Positions 37,341 to 47,245 of a stretch of DNA of 61,231 nucleotides are shown piece by piece. The position numbers and the translations under genes are program-made. The stretch comes from Calditrichia bacterium. GTDB taxonomy: Bacteria > Calditrichota > Calditrichia > RBG-13-44-9 > J075. How positions within the stretch are numbered: the first letter of the stretch is position 1; each line of letters starts with the position of its first letter. A model generated the notes under the pieces. That model was given only the letters and a program-made list of their open reading frames with translations, was not told the DNA's origin and did no database searches. Location: contig JBOEGD010000003.1 in assembly GCA_050633245.1 (NCBI GenBank), positions 15,011-76,241 of the forward strand, written 5' to 3'.

Positions 37341-40300
37341 TTAGGAAATGAGGTCAAAGTCCCCGTCGAGCACGCGATCCAGTCTTCCGGTTCGCCATTG
37401 CCTGATGCTATCTCTTACCAAAGGCGAGGGCAATTCCCGATATCGGCGTACAATTGTCAACTTCTGCTCTGTTTTGAGCTGCTTAAATGAAACTAAAGCC
37501 TGCTTCAGCAGCGCATCGGATTCGTTACCGGCAGGTTCTTCCGGTTGAGCAACGACGCGTACGTGAACTTTAAATCGCGAGACAGATCGGCTTTTTCCAG
37601 GCACCTCCAATACATGCAAACCAACTTCCCGATCGAGAATCGCATAGGCGGCATAACCGCTAACTGCCAGCATAATACTATATGGTTTATCCTCTGAGGC
37701 CCGGGTGCGCAGCACCTTATGCCGCATGCGCCGCTTCTCAGCCCATCGAGCATACATATTTCCAATACGTTCAGCAAAGTCGTCTTGCTGATTATCCTGC
37801 AACGATGGATCTCGGCCGGCGACAACCTCGATAAATGCGTCATTCGCCTTGCCGGCAGCTAATCCGGCCAGCGCCTCTTCTAACAGATAGATCTGATGCG
37901 CAAGCTGGCCAAGCAGCTGTGGAGAATGGATCTTTCGATCGTTTCGCCCGCCCATCAATCGTTCCAACAAACGTTCGGCAGTCTGATATCCGGTTTCAAT
38001 TCGCGACATGTATTCGACCAGCCCGAGGCGCGAAAAACGATTTGGATCATCCCAAAATCCCGGATTGGACGTTTCGCTTAAGAGAGCATCCTTGCTTATC
38101 ACCCAGTCGTCTTCACTCAGCTTTTCACCAATCGCATCTTTATGTCCCTGCAAAAACTCTACAATACCAGGCTGCACCCGCGGATCCAAAATAATTTGTG
38201 CAAGACTGGTTTCAGTAGCCTCCACCACTTCGGCAGGTTCCTGTGTACCATCATCCGGGCCATCCGGATCAATAAATTCCACTTCAATTTTTCGTCCATT
38301 GCTGCGCACGAAAAGAAATTGATCGCCTTCCGGAAACTGGTGATTTACAATTGTTAACGATAGCGGTGACAATAAATAACGTTCAATCGCCCGCTTTAGC
38401 GGGCGGGCACCCAGATCAGCGGTAAACCCCTTGTCCAGTAAATATTCAATTGCCGATTCATGCCATTCTACTGCCCAGTCGCGACTGCGAAGTCCACGAC
38501 GCTGTAATACATCTGCGAGTTCCTTGCGTAATATTTCTCTCATAACCGCACGGCTAAGTGGACGAAAGACAACCACCCGGTCGATGCGGTTCAAAAATTC
38601 TTTTCGGAAGGCCTGAGCAATTGCCTTCGAGACGGTGTTGGATGTAAATGAATCATTTCCTGTAGTAAATCCAATACTTGCCCCACGTGGAATAACGCCA
38701 CCCAGGTTCGACGTCATAATAATAATGCTGTGGCGAAAGTCTGCTGTATTTCCACGACGGTCGGTTAGACGGCCATCGTCAAATACCTGCAAAAAAAGAT
38801 CCCACACGTCGGGATATGCCTTTTCAACCTCGTCCAGCAGAATAACTGAAAAAGGCTGTTTACGAATTTGATTCACCAGTGCCTCACTTTTTTGAGACTG
38901 ATCGGCGCCACCAAGTAGGCGGTCGATTGAATCCGGCGTTTTGAATTCGCTCATATCCAGACGAATCATGCGCTGAGAAGAACCAAATAAAAATTCGGCA
39001 AGCGTTTTTGCTATCTCGGTTTTTCCTGTTCCGGTTGGACCGGCAAAAAGAAAAACGCCCTGTGGACGCGTTGGGTCATTCAGCCCGGCTTTTATCATAG
39101 CCACACGTTCAACAAGACAGTCTACCGCTTCCGGTTGTCCCATCACGCGCTTCAGGAAAAATTCGCGCAGACTCTGTAAATCTAAACCTTCACGTTCATC
39201 GAGAATGCTGATTGGCAAGCCGGTCAGTTTTGAAAGCGTTACAAGCAAATCATCAATACTAATTTCTCGTGGATGCTCATCAATGGAAAGACGTTCCCAG
39301 GTAAGATCAATAAACTGTAATAAATTTCCAGGTGCGGCTTTATCACGAAGATATTGCTGGGTCAGCTGAAATGACTCATTCATGGTAACGTCGGAAATAA
39401 TCTGCTGTTTTTTCCCGCCGCGCTTTACAACCCACTCACGAGCAATGTTTAGCGTCTCCTCCTGAGACAGCGCTGAAATTTCAATAACGTTTAGCGCTAC
39501 GCGCATTCTCGGCACACTTTGTACCAGTTTCTCGTACGCCAGCGGCTGGGTTTCTCCGATTAAAAGCACTTCACCGGTTTCAACAAACGGAAAAATCATG
39601 TCCAGCACGCCGGTTGGGCTATAGCGATGTGTGCCAGCCCAAACGAGCTCATGGAAGTTTGGAATAATCCAAACGACTTTACGTTTACCGCCAATCTTGC
39701 GAACCAGCTGCTGTATACGTTCTTCCAACTGGCCAATGTAAACCTGGCCAGCCAGGAGATCAGAAGCACTGGATTCGAAGATTGTCCAGCCATCATGATT
39801 CAATTTACGAGCAAGAACACGAAGCGTAGACGTTTTACCAACACCGTCTTCACCGACCAGAACGACTGAGCGAGCCCGGCTTTCGGTTAAGGAACGCTGT
39901 AGTTCCTGCACCTTCTCTAATAAGATGCGGTTTTCAATAAGTGGCTTATCAGACTCAGGCTCTTCGTGAAACCAAAGACGTCCAAGCGATTGTAAAAAGG
40001 GAACATCAACGCGGGTTAAAGCGAACCGTTCAATCTCGACCAGAAGGTTACTCTCATAAGATTCCCCAAGCAGCTTTACGTTGGCGAGTATACTTTCAAC
40101 CTGATCTTCGGCAACTTTTTCAAGTTCATTGCCAAAGGTTGGCATTTCTCCCTTTTCCATACGCGACTTTACAAATTCACTCAAAATACGCTGCGGAACC
40201 GCATCTGCCCAACTACTATTGGCTCTGGATAAAATAACTCCAATGAGAGGTTCAGAAACACGATCATCGAGCACCTTCATGGCAAAATAGCGTTTCCAGT

Positions 40301-40712
40301 AGGAATCTTCATTCAGACTTCGCAGAACAACGTCGCGCGCATCGAACTCATCATTACGCTTAAGCAAGGCTTCTAATGCCATGCAGGCAATAATGACATT
40401 CACACCATTATAGTAGCCTAAGAGATCTTGCAGGCTAAAGTCTTTTTGCTGTAGCAGCGCAACGCCTTCATTAAAACTCTCCTGCGTAAGGAAGTCTGCA
40501 GGAAAGGATGACTGATGATAAAAGTCCTCCAGGCTGGCAGCCAACTTGTATAGCGTTTCAGCAGGAGTTCCGGAGACAATCGCCGCAGGTTTTTCTGCTG
40601 GATCAGTCGGTGTATCCGAAGACGTGAGATCGGCCACGGGTCTACTGTAATAGTAGCGGGTTAGGCGGAAAACGAGGTATGAGATAATAAGTAGAATCAG
40701 GAATTCGAGCAT
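37341..40712 (-). CDS. Membrane-anchored ClpA/B-type double AAA+ ATPase fused to a GGQ-less release factor 2-like domain
   Basis: N-terminal TM. AAA-1 has GEDGVGKT with a degenerate Walker B. AAA-2 has GPTGTGKT, RLDMSEF, LLDEVEKA, DDGRLTD and GARPLKRAIE. The C-terminus carries RF2-like motifs (PGFWDDP, MYARWAEKR, EVGLHVL, VRRY, VLDGDFD). Confidence 0.82.
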   Translation of the reverse strand: MLEFLILLIISYLVFRLTRYYYSRPVADLTSSDTPTDPAEKPAAIVSGTPAETLYKLAASLEDFYHQSSFPADFLTQESFNEGVALLQQKDFSLQDLLGYYNGVNVIIACMALEALLKRNDEFDARDVVLRSLNEDSYWKRYFAMKVLDDRVSEPLIGVILSRANSSWADAVPQRILSEFVKSRMEKGEMPTFGNELEKVAEDQVESILANVKLLGESYESNLLVEIERFALTRVDVPFLQSLGRLWFHEEPESDKPLIENRILLEKVQELQRSLTESRARSVVLVGEDGVGKTSTLRVLARKLNHDGWTIFESSASDLLAGQVYIGQLEERIQQLVRKIGGKRKVVWIIPNFHELVWAGTHRYSPTGVLDMIFPFVETGEVLLIGETQPLAYEKLVQSVPRMRVALNVIEISALSQEETLNIAREWVVKRGGKKQQIISDVTMNESFQLTQQYLRDKAAPGNLLQFIDLTWERLSIDEHPREISIDDLLVTLSKLTGLPISILDEREGLDLQSLREFFLKRVMGQPEAVDCLVERVAMIKAGLNDPTRPQGVFLFAGPTGTGKTEIAKTLAEFLFGSSQRMIRLDMSEFKTPDSIDRLLGGADQSQKSEALVNQIRKQPFSVILLDEVEKAYPDVWDLFLQVFDDGRLTDRRGNTADFRHSIIIMTSNLGGVIPRGASIGFTTGNDSFTSNTVSKAIAQAFRKEFLNRIDRVVVFRPLSRAVMREILRKELADVLQRRGLRSRDWAVEWHESAIEYLLDKGFTADLGARPLKRAIERYLLSPLSLTIVNHQFPEGDQFLFVRSNGRKIEVEFIDPDGPDDGTQEPAEVVEATETSLAQIILDPRVQPGIVEFLQGHKDAIGEKLSEDDWVISKDALLSETSNPGFWDDPNRFSRLGLVEYMSRIETGYQTAERLLERLMGGRNDRKIHSPQLLGQLAHQIYLLEEALAGLAAGKANDAFIEVVAGRDPSLQDNQQDDFAERIGNMYARWAEKRRMRHKVLRTRASEDKPYSIMLAVSGYAAYAILDREVGLHVLEVPGKSRSVSRFKVHVRVVAQPEEPAGNESDALLKQALVSFKQLKTEQKLTIVRRYRELPSPLVRDSIRQWRTGRLDRVLDGDFDLIS

Positions 40713-40719
40713 GCGCAAA

Positions 40720-41388
40720 CTACTCCATGAAAGTCGCAATATCCGTTAGCGGTTTTTTCGTAATATTTGGCACTTTGCATCCTTCTTCCGGATATCCAAC
40801 CACAAGAATCAGAAAGGGACGTTCATTGGAAGGTCTTTCCAAAATATTATTTAAAAATTTCATCGGACTCGGCGTATGTGTCAAGGTGGCTAACCCGGCA
40901 TTATGTAGTGCTGTAATAAGCATTCCCGTAGCAATTCCGACAGACTCGGGTACATAATAGTTTTTTACCTTCTCGCCATTATTTAGTGCATAGCTCTCAG
41001 CAAAAATTGTCAGCAACCACGGTGCCGTCTCAAGAAAAGGTTTTTGATCATCAGTTCCAAGTGGTGCCAGTACCTCCAGCCAGTCTTGAGGGGCACGGTT
41101 CTCGTAGAACTCTTTTTCCTCTGCTTCAGCAGCAATTCGAATCTCTTTCTTTATCTCGGAATTCCCCACTGCTACAAAGTGCCAGGGCTGTCGGTTTGCC
41201 CCGTTTGGAGCTGTTCCGGCGGCAAGCAAACAATTTTCAATAATATCTCTCGGCACCGGCCGGTCAGAAAAATCTCTGATGGTTCGACGCGCGCGAATCA
41301 AATCATAAAAGTCGCGGGCGCGCTTCTGCATTTCTTCAACTGGATATTCTTTATAGGTAGATAACGGGACGAAACCGGAGCCGGCCAT
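40720..41388 (-). CDS. Nitroreductase family, iodotyrosine deiodinase-like
   Basis: [44 protein letters not shown] and [13 protein letters not shown]. Confidence 0.85.
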   Translation of the reverse strand: MAGSGFVPLSTYKEYPVEEMQKRARDFYDLIRARRTIRDFSDRPVPRDIIENCLLAAGTAPNGANRQPWHFVAVGNSEIKKEIRIAAEAEEKEFYENRAPQDWLEVLAPLGTDDQKPFLETAPWLLTIFAESYALNNGEKVKNYYVPESVGIATGMLITALHNAGLATLTHTPSPMKFLNNILERPSNERPFLILVVGYPEEGCKVPNITKKPLTDIATFME

Positions 41389-41479
41389 ATCAGATCCTCT
41401 AACTTGTCAGAATGTCGGGAAAAAGACTGTTGGTATCGAAGAATGTAAGGGTAAATGTGCCTGATACAAAGAACAGAAT

Positions 41480-42343
41480 TTACGGAGCTTCTGTTGAATC
41501 CTTGGAAACCGAAACGCTAAATGTTCCGCCAAGTCGATCGAAAGGAATTCGGGCATAACCAGCGTCAAAGACAGCGGCTTCGGTAGCGAGGCTTGCTAAA
41601 AGATTCGCCGGTACCCCGGTTCCCTCTACCCAAACAGATGGTAGAATCCTGTATTCACCCTGAGAAAGGGAATTTTGTGAAATCGTAAACTGAGTTTCAA
41701 GAGTAACGCCATTTGCGCTAATCAGTTGAGAAACAGGGGAGGTTGGCCCACGCTGAATCGGCAGGCTTACAAAAGCCGTAGTATCTGTGCGAACGGCGAC
41801 AGCGCTTGCAAAAACAGTGCTATCGGCAGTAGTTAGCGAAACTCGTACCGGCGAGCTCACAGCGCGAAGGTTCATGTTTACAGCAATTACTTCATCCACA
41901 TCCGGCGAAATAATAAGAGGGATAACGTCGGTTTGAACATTGAGCATCTTCGCCGGGCTAAGTGCGGAAACAATACCGCCGTTTTTGTTTAGGTCACCCT
42001 GTCCATATAGAAATTCACCATCGTTCATCAAAACTTGTCTTGTATCAATCTTATAGTTTCCAATATAGCAATAAAGCGTTAATGAACCGCTGAATCCATT
42101 GCCCGGTTGATTCGCCGGAGAGGGCAACTTTAATGAAAAGCGACCCGAGCTATCACTAAAGGCTCCAAGATTAATTTTATCCAGCCAAATATAAGGCCGA
42201 ACACCATTCGCTCCCTCAGGAAGCTCAACCTGACCGACAATCGAATTACGAGATTGTAGCGCTCCGTTATCAGAGAATGGGTTGTCTGTACAGGCAGCTG
42301 TAATCAGGAGGAATAATATTGCTATACATGTAGAGTTCTTCAT
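41480..42343 (-). CDS. Hypothetical lipoprotein (paralog of 43816-44721)
   Basis: Lipobox ITAAC-TDNPFS; shares CTxNPF, GxFSxxLP, QPGxG, LxGQxD and GxYRIxPxVW with the paralog. Confidence 0.7.
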   Translation of the reverse strand: MKNSTCIAILFLLITAACTDNPFSDNGALQSRNSIVGQVELPEGANGVRPYIWLDKINLGAFSDSSGRFSLKLPSPANQPGNGFSGSLTLYCYIGNYKIDTRQVLMNDGEFLYGQGDLNKNGGIVSALSPAKMLNVQTDVIPLIISPDVDEVIAVNMNLRAVSSPVRVSLTTADSTVFASAVAVRTDTTAFVSLPIQRGPTSPVSQLISANGVTLETQFTISQNSLSQGEYRILPSVWVEGTGVPANLLASLATEAAVFDAGYARIPFDRLGGTFSVSVSKDSTEAP

Positions 42344-42441
42344 AATCACTTTCGATACATTCTGTTCACCCTGAACACCATCGCAGGGCTCATGTTTTTT
42401 TTCTCTGCCCGTCCATTACCTGTCGTTTTCTCATCTGCTCT

Positions 42442-42491
42442 GGCTTCGACTTCGCTCAGCCTGGCGCTAATTCTGTGTTCTGTATTCTGTT
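42442..42491. repeat. Single REP-like arm plus heptamer repeat (TTCTGTN)x3
   Basis: GGCTTCGACTTCGCTCAGCC at 42442-42461; TTCTGTG TTCTGTA TTCTGTT at 42471-42491. Confidence 0.55.
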
Positions 42492-42497
42492 CCGTCC

Positions 42498-43841
42498 CTA
42501 TCTAACAAACAACCGGGAAGGTGAACAGGTTTCAACATAAAAGAACAAATCGAACTCTCTGCTTAAAATCGTTTGCGTAATGCCATCTTGCTGGCGTATG
42601 CCGAGTCCTTCAAAAAGCCAATCGGTTCGCACCGAACCGGCGCTCACTCCAATTGTGGATAAATAGCCAAGCGTACGATTGGTAGTGGCAATATAATTTT
42701 CGCAGCTGGCAAAAGGAGCGTCAGATGTCACCTGCAACGATTCAGTTCCTTTAATACCACTGCTGTTTAAGTACAGCTCGCCGTTGAAAAAGCTCATCCC
42801 CACTTTTAAGACATCGGCATCGGATGTCATTTCAGTGAGGTTTGCAGCAAGCGTCTTGTTTTGAACCGGAAAGAAAGCAGAGGCATAGTTATCAGTCCAA
42901 ACAACTGCCCTGGAAGAAAAGCGCTCCGCAAAGGCCTTCACATTAATTGCCATCGAACGTTGTCTTAGAAGCCGTCCGGAACCGGAAATAGAAGCACCAA
43001 ATACCTGCTCGGCCTGAACAACAATTAGTGCATGCTGCAAGGCATTCTGCGCTTCTTCTTCAGAAGACAATCCAGCCAAACGATTTACATCAGTGGTCAA
43101 CGTATCTACCACGGACTGCATATTGGCTGCACAGGCCTGCCGAGTGCTAAGAGGCAATTGGAAATACCCCTCAGCATCGTCTTGATACGGAAGAAAACAG
43201 CCTTGCTGCGCAAGCACGAAGGTAGCCAATCCAGCGTCGACACTCTGTAGGTAATCAGAGAGTGCAACAATTGATCCCGCAGGCTGCAACATATCCATTC
43301 CCAACACACGCACCTTTTCTGCTTCAACGACCGTCTGATTGTACGCGCGCAAGCTGTTAACAAATGTAACCATATCGAGTGTACTCATCCACCAGACATC
43401 CGTTTCATCCAGGATAGTTGCAGCATCACCGCTTCCTCCAAGAACGAAAGCATTTATCGCCAGCGACTTTTGAAAGGGCATTTCTATAAGCACCAGCTTA
43501 AAGTCTTTTACACTAACCATATAGCTGATCAGGCGTTGTTTCAGACCGGCCAGTTCCATTGTGCCGGTAGCCGATTCGCCAAGTAATACGTATGGCTTCG
43601 AGCCGAGTGCGGTTGCAAAGGGCAGCAAATCACCATTGGTTGGCTGTGGTTCAATGCCGGCGAGCGGCTTCAGGTTATCCTTCAGCCAGACAGTAACTAA
43701 TGAATCAACCTGATTATCAAAATCGGGGGGATCGATCATCGGCACAGTCGGAGCTGATTTTTCGGGAACGCAAGCCAGAGTAAGCCAAAGTATTCCGAGC
43801 AAAATCAGGTTGTGTTTAATTACAAGGAAACAGTCCCTCAT
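42498..43841 (-). CDS. Erythromycin-esterase-fold lipoprotein, apparently lacking the catalytic histidines
   Basis: Lipobox LTLAC; LLGESATGTMEL, LIEMPF, INAFVLGG, WW, LRAYN, GMDM, R...MAIN and VVWTDN align with the Ere family. Start uncertain. Confidence 0.72.
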   Translation of the reverse strand: MRDCFLVIKHNLILLGILWLTLACVPEKSAPTVPMIDPPDFDNQVDSLVTVWLKDNLKPLAGIEPQPTNGDLLPFATALGSKPYVLLGESATGTMELAGLKQRLISYMVSVKDFKLVLIEMPFQKSLAINAFVLGGSGDAATILDETDVWWMSTLDMVTFVNSLRAYNQTVVEAEKVRVLGMDMLQPAGSIVALSDYLQSVDAGLATFVLAQQGCFLPYQDDAEGYFQLPLSTRQACAANMQSVVDTLTTDVNRLAGLSSEEEAQNALQHALIVVQAEQVFGASISGSGRLLRQRSMAINVKAFAERFSSRAVVWTDNYASAFFPVQNKTLAANLTEMTSDADVLKVGMSFFNGELYLNSSGIKGTESLQVTSDAPFASCENYIATTNRTLGYLSTIGVSAGSVRTDWLFEGLGIRQQDGITQTILSREFDLFFYVETCSPSRLFVR

Positions 43842-44721
43842 CGAATATCTCCGGTTCAATTTGGAATGATGTTAACGAGCGCTCTCTGAATGGTAGCCGC
43901 AAATAATCCAGACTAAGCGTTTCAAATGGAACATTCAACGCATTGATAAGGCCTTCGGGCAGCCCCTTCTGTCGAGCCCAAACAAATGGCACAATCCGAT
44001 AGTCGCCATCCAGCAACGTGCAGCGCTGAAATGTGTAGTTCGAGCGAAATTCCGTGACTCCAGCCGAAACAATTTTTGAAAAGCGCTGCGAAGCATTTTC
44101 GCCAAAGATCAACCGTTGAAACGGGTCTGCCGGCGTATTGATACGATCTAAAATTCCCGCCGCAATAAACGGCTGCCCGGAAGCAATAGAATCACCAAAC
44201 GAGAACACCTCGACAGACTTACCGATAGCCACGTCCAGCCGCGTCTGACATAAAACCGTAACTGTCTCATTTCGATAGCGGCCGCTTCGCTGCAAAACCG
44301 TCGTTATCTCGAACAGCTTCTCCAGTTGGATAGATCTTGCCAGCGTTCCGTCGTCAGCAATATCTTCCTGCCCAAACAAGATTTCACCATTCCTCAACAC
44401 AACACGTGCTGTGTCTAGCTGGTAATCGGGTAGATAAAAGAAAGCGCGAAAGACACCGTTTAATCCTCCACCCGGCTGCGTTTCTGCAGGAGGCAGCGAA
44501 ATTGAAAAGTTACCTTCATTATCCGTTAGCACGCTTAATTCGAAGGTCTCGAACCACACAAGAATCTGATCGGCAGGTGCTCCGCTACTGAACTGCACTG
44601 AACCACTAAACGTCGAGCGATCCTGAATCGGATCTCCGCTACCAAAAGGATTTGTGGTACAGGCTATGGCGAGCACGAGAAGAATTGGATAGATAAAGTA
44701 ATGTTTATTCATAGTATTCAT
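43816..44721 (-). CDS. Hypothetical lipoprotein (paralog of 41480-42343)
   Basis: Lipobox LAIAC-TTNPFG; carboxypeptidase-regulatory-like N-terminus. Confidence 0.7.
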   Translation of the reverse strand: MNTMNKHYFIYPILLVLAIACTTNPFGSGDPIQDRSTFSGSVQFSSGAPADQILVWFETFELSVLTDNEGNFSISLPPAETQPGGGLNGVFRAFFYLPDYQLDTARVVLRNGEILFGQEDIADDGTLARSIQLEKLFEITTVLQRSGRYRNETVTVLCQTRLDVAIGKSVEVFSFGDSIASGQPFIAAGILDRINTPADPFQRLIFGENASQRFSKIVSAGVTEFRSNYTFQRCTLLDGDYRIVPFVWARQKGLPEGLINALNVPFETLSLDYLRLPFRERSLTSFQIEPEIFDEGLFPCN

Positions 44722-44739
44722 CGGTTCAAAGTTCTAAAG

Positions 44740-44868
44740 GTGAAAAGTGAAAAGTGAAAAGCGAAAAGTGAAAAGTGAAAATGGGCAATATACCCATTTC
44801 CTTGTCTCCCACTCTCCTTGTCTCCCACTCCTTTTTCTGTGTTCAAGGTTCTAAGTTCAATGTTCTGA
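44740..44868. repeat. Cluster of short tandem repeats
   Basis: (GTGAAAA)x6 with one variant at 44740-44781; (TCCTTGTCTCCCACTC)x2 at 44799-44830; (GTTCNNN)x4 at 44841-44868. Confidence 0.85.
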
Positions 44869-44986
44869 GAGTGAAAAAACAATTTCCCAGCTCACTTGTT
44901 TCCATTCCTACTTGCACCTCGCATCTCGTTCACCCAACAATCTTGACTCACAATCATAATTCATCAACCATCATTCATCAGTTGCA

Positions 44987-47218
44987 TCAGTATTGCGCAC
45001 CCAAGGTTAGATAGAGCCGTCGGTCGCGCAGAGCCAAGCCCTCAAGCATGGTATCGTCATCAAGAATATTGCGAGCACTCAGGTTGAGGATCAGCTTCAG
45101 ATTTCTCAGCTCGAAAAACTTTCCGATGTTAATGTCAACATTGGTTGCCGATTCAATAGTGATATCCTGTAGCGCGCCACTAAAGGTTTCCGGGTTCGCT
45201 CGGGTAAAGCCAAGCTGCTCACCTTCATGATAAAACAAGCCCTGGAGTGAATAGCCACGATGATCGAATCCAAGTTTCAGAGTTTGTTTTTGATCGTATT
45301 TGAAGGGAAAGGCCAGACGCTCTAAATCCGGAATTGAATAATAAACGGCTCCCGCTTCCAGCGAAACCTTCTTACGAAACAGGAAGAAGGTCAGTGCCGC
45401 CTCTGCTCCTGAGATCTGTGTCGACTTAATATTTGTATAGCGAACCAAAGCGCTGGCCGGCGTTAACAAAGAGATGAACTTGTTGCTGTAGGTATTGCGG
45501 AAAAAGCTTCCGGTTAGCTTAACGCCATAAATGGCGGGATGATTTCGCGTATCCCAGGTGAAGTTTGCTCCAATCTCCAATCCATTGCTTGTCTCAGGCT
45601 GTAGATTTGCGCTATAGAAACTGGTAGAATCTGCCAATGGCGCACTGATCTGCTGAAAAAGGGTAGGGAATTTTACGTTTCGTCCATAGTTCATAAATGC
45701 CTGGAACGCAAAGTCATCGCGACTGCCGCCAAGATGGGCAGAGAACTTCAACATCGCCTCGCGCCAATCATTTTGTTCAAATACCCCTGTAGAGTCCAGC
45801 GCAGAGTCGCGACGCAACTGAAGCGTTTCTTGGCGATCGCTAACGGCATCATAGCGAAAACTGACGTCGAAGTCCGCAGTATGAAGATAATCCGAACCGG
45901 TATCTGCATGAAACTTCGCAACAGCAACAGCACCGCTACGGGACTGCTTTAGCTCGGCCGACTCCACGCCTTCCTGCAGCTGGTCGTTTGGACGATCATC
46001 CAGAAAATCCAGCGTGGTCTGCTCCATCTGATAGCCAACAAGCAAATCGGCTTTGCCAATTGTAATCGCCTTATCTAACTTAAATGAAAGACTACGGTTG
46101 TCCAGATCCCGACTGAGTAAAGACAGGTCATCAATTAAAAACCGAGTTTCATCCAGCCACTGATATCCCAGCGTAACTGAAACATCTTTTAACAATCGGC
46201 TGCCGGTATAACGAGCAGAAACAAGCTGATTGAAGTTTAGAAGCGATTCCTGAAAACGAGCATTTTCGTAATCAAGCTCAGCACGAACATAGTTTATCGC
46301 CAGTACATCTCGTCCATCGGCCTGCGGAGAAATATCGAGCAGTGCTGTGGCCATTTGGTGCGCGGTTTCATTCGTCAATGAACCATCGCCAGCGCCGGAA
46401 AAACGTCTTTCCGATGCACCCTGCTTGTAGCTGTAAGCACCAAAAGCACGGCCGTGATTTCCATAAAGATGTGCTCCCCAGTTACCGGAAGCATACGTGC
46501 CAAACCGCTGATGAAGTCGTATATTATAATCCTGTTCCCGCTTTGGTATAATGTTGATGACTCCGGAGAACGCATCGGAACCGTACAGCGCAGTATTACT
46601 TCCTTTGATAACCTCAAAACGCTGCACATCTTCCAGGTCTATCAGAGAGAGATCGAAAATATTATCATACGCACTGTTCATCTTCACGCCATTATACATG
46701 ACAATCACTTCATCCGGATTACCAGCACGAATTGCAACTGTCTTTTTGCCACTGAGCACCTCTTCTACCTGAATACTCTGTTCAGTTCGCAGCAAATCAC
46801 CAGCATCAACATATCCACGCATCTCGAAGTTCTTTGCCTCCAGCACGGAAACTGTTTGCGGCAAATCGCGGGTAATATCAAGTGGGGTCGCAGCAGCTTC
46901 AACATCGACGGATTGGAGTGGAATTATGCGTTCCTGTAGATAAATAGTCTTCTGACTTCGAAGTTGAGTAATACTAAAAGACAGGGTATCATAAGAAATG
47001 TGCTCAAACCGAATTTTCTCATCTGAATCGGTATCCGCCAGTTCCAGGCGATAACGGCCGCTCGCATCCGTTATTGCACCGATCGTCGAGCGTACATGAT
47101 AAACATTAACACCAGGAATGTCCCGATGCGTATTTGCATCGCGTACGCGACCACTTAACACAATGTCTGCAAGCAGCATCTGTGTAAGAATCAGAATTAT
47201 GACAACACATAATTTCAT
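44987..47218 (-). CDS. TonB-dependent receptor with N-terminal carboxypeptidase-regulatory-like domain
   Basis: LSGRVRDANT..IPGVNV, plug motifs IRAG and EVIKGSNTALYGSDAFSGVINII, end ARNILDD...LYLTLGAQY. Confidence 0.88.
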   Translation of the reverse strand: MKLCVVIILILTQMLLADIVLSGRVRDANTHRDIPGVNVYHVRSTIGAITDASGRYRLELADTDSDEKIRFEHISYDTLSFSITQLRSQKTIYLQERIIPLQSVDVEAAATPLDITRDLPQTVSVLEAKNFEMRGYVDAGDLLRTEQSIQVEEVLSGKKTVAIRAGNPDEVIVMYNGVKMNSAYDNIFDLSLIDLEDVQRFEVIKGSNTALYGSDAFSGVINIIPKREQDYNIRLHQRFGTYASGNWGAHLYGNHGRAFGAYSYKQGASERRFSGAGDGSLTNETAHQMATALLDISPQADGRDVLAINYVRAELDYENARFQESLLNFNQLVSARYTGSRLLKDVSVTLGYQWLDETRFLIDDLSLLSRDLDNRSLSFKLDKAITIGKADLLVGYQMEQTTLDFLDDRPNDQLQEGVESAELKQSRSGAVAVAKFHADTGSDYLHTADFDVSFRYDAVSDRQETLQLRRDSALDSTGVFEQNDWREAMLKFSAHLGGSRDDFAFQAFMNYGRNVKFPTLFQQISAPLADSTSFYSANLQPETSNGLEIGANFTWDTRNHPAIYGVKLTGSFFRNTYSNKFISLLTPASALVRYTNIKSTQISGAEAALTFFLFRKKVSLEAGAVYYSIPDLERLAFPFKYDQKQTLKLGFDHRGYSLQGLFYHEGEQLGFTRANPETFSGALQDITIESATNVDINIGKFFELRNLKLILNLSARNILDDDTMLEGLALRDRRLYLTLGAQY

Positions 47219-47245
47219 GATGTCCCGCTTAATTAAGGCAAGAGT

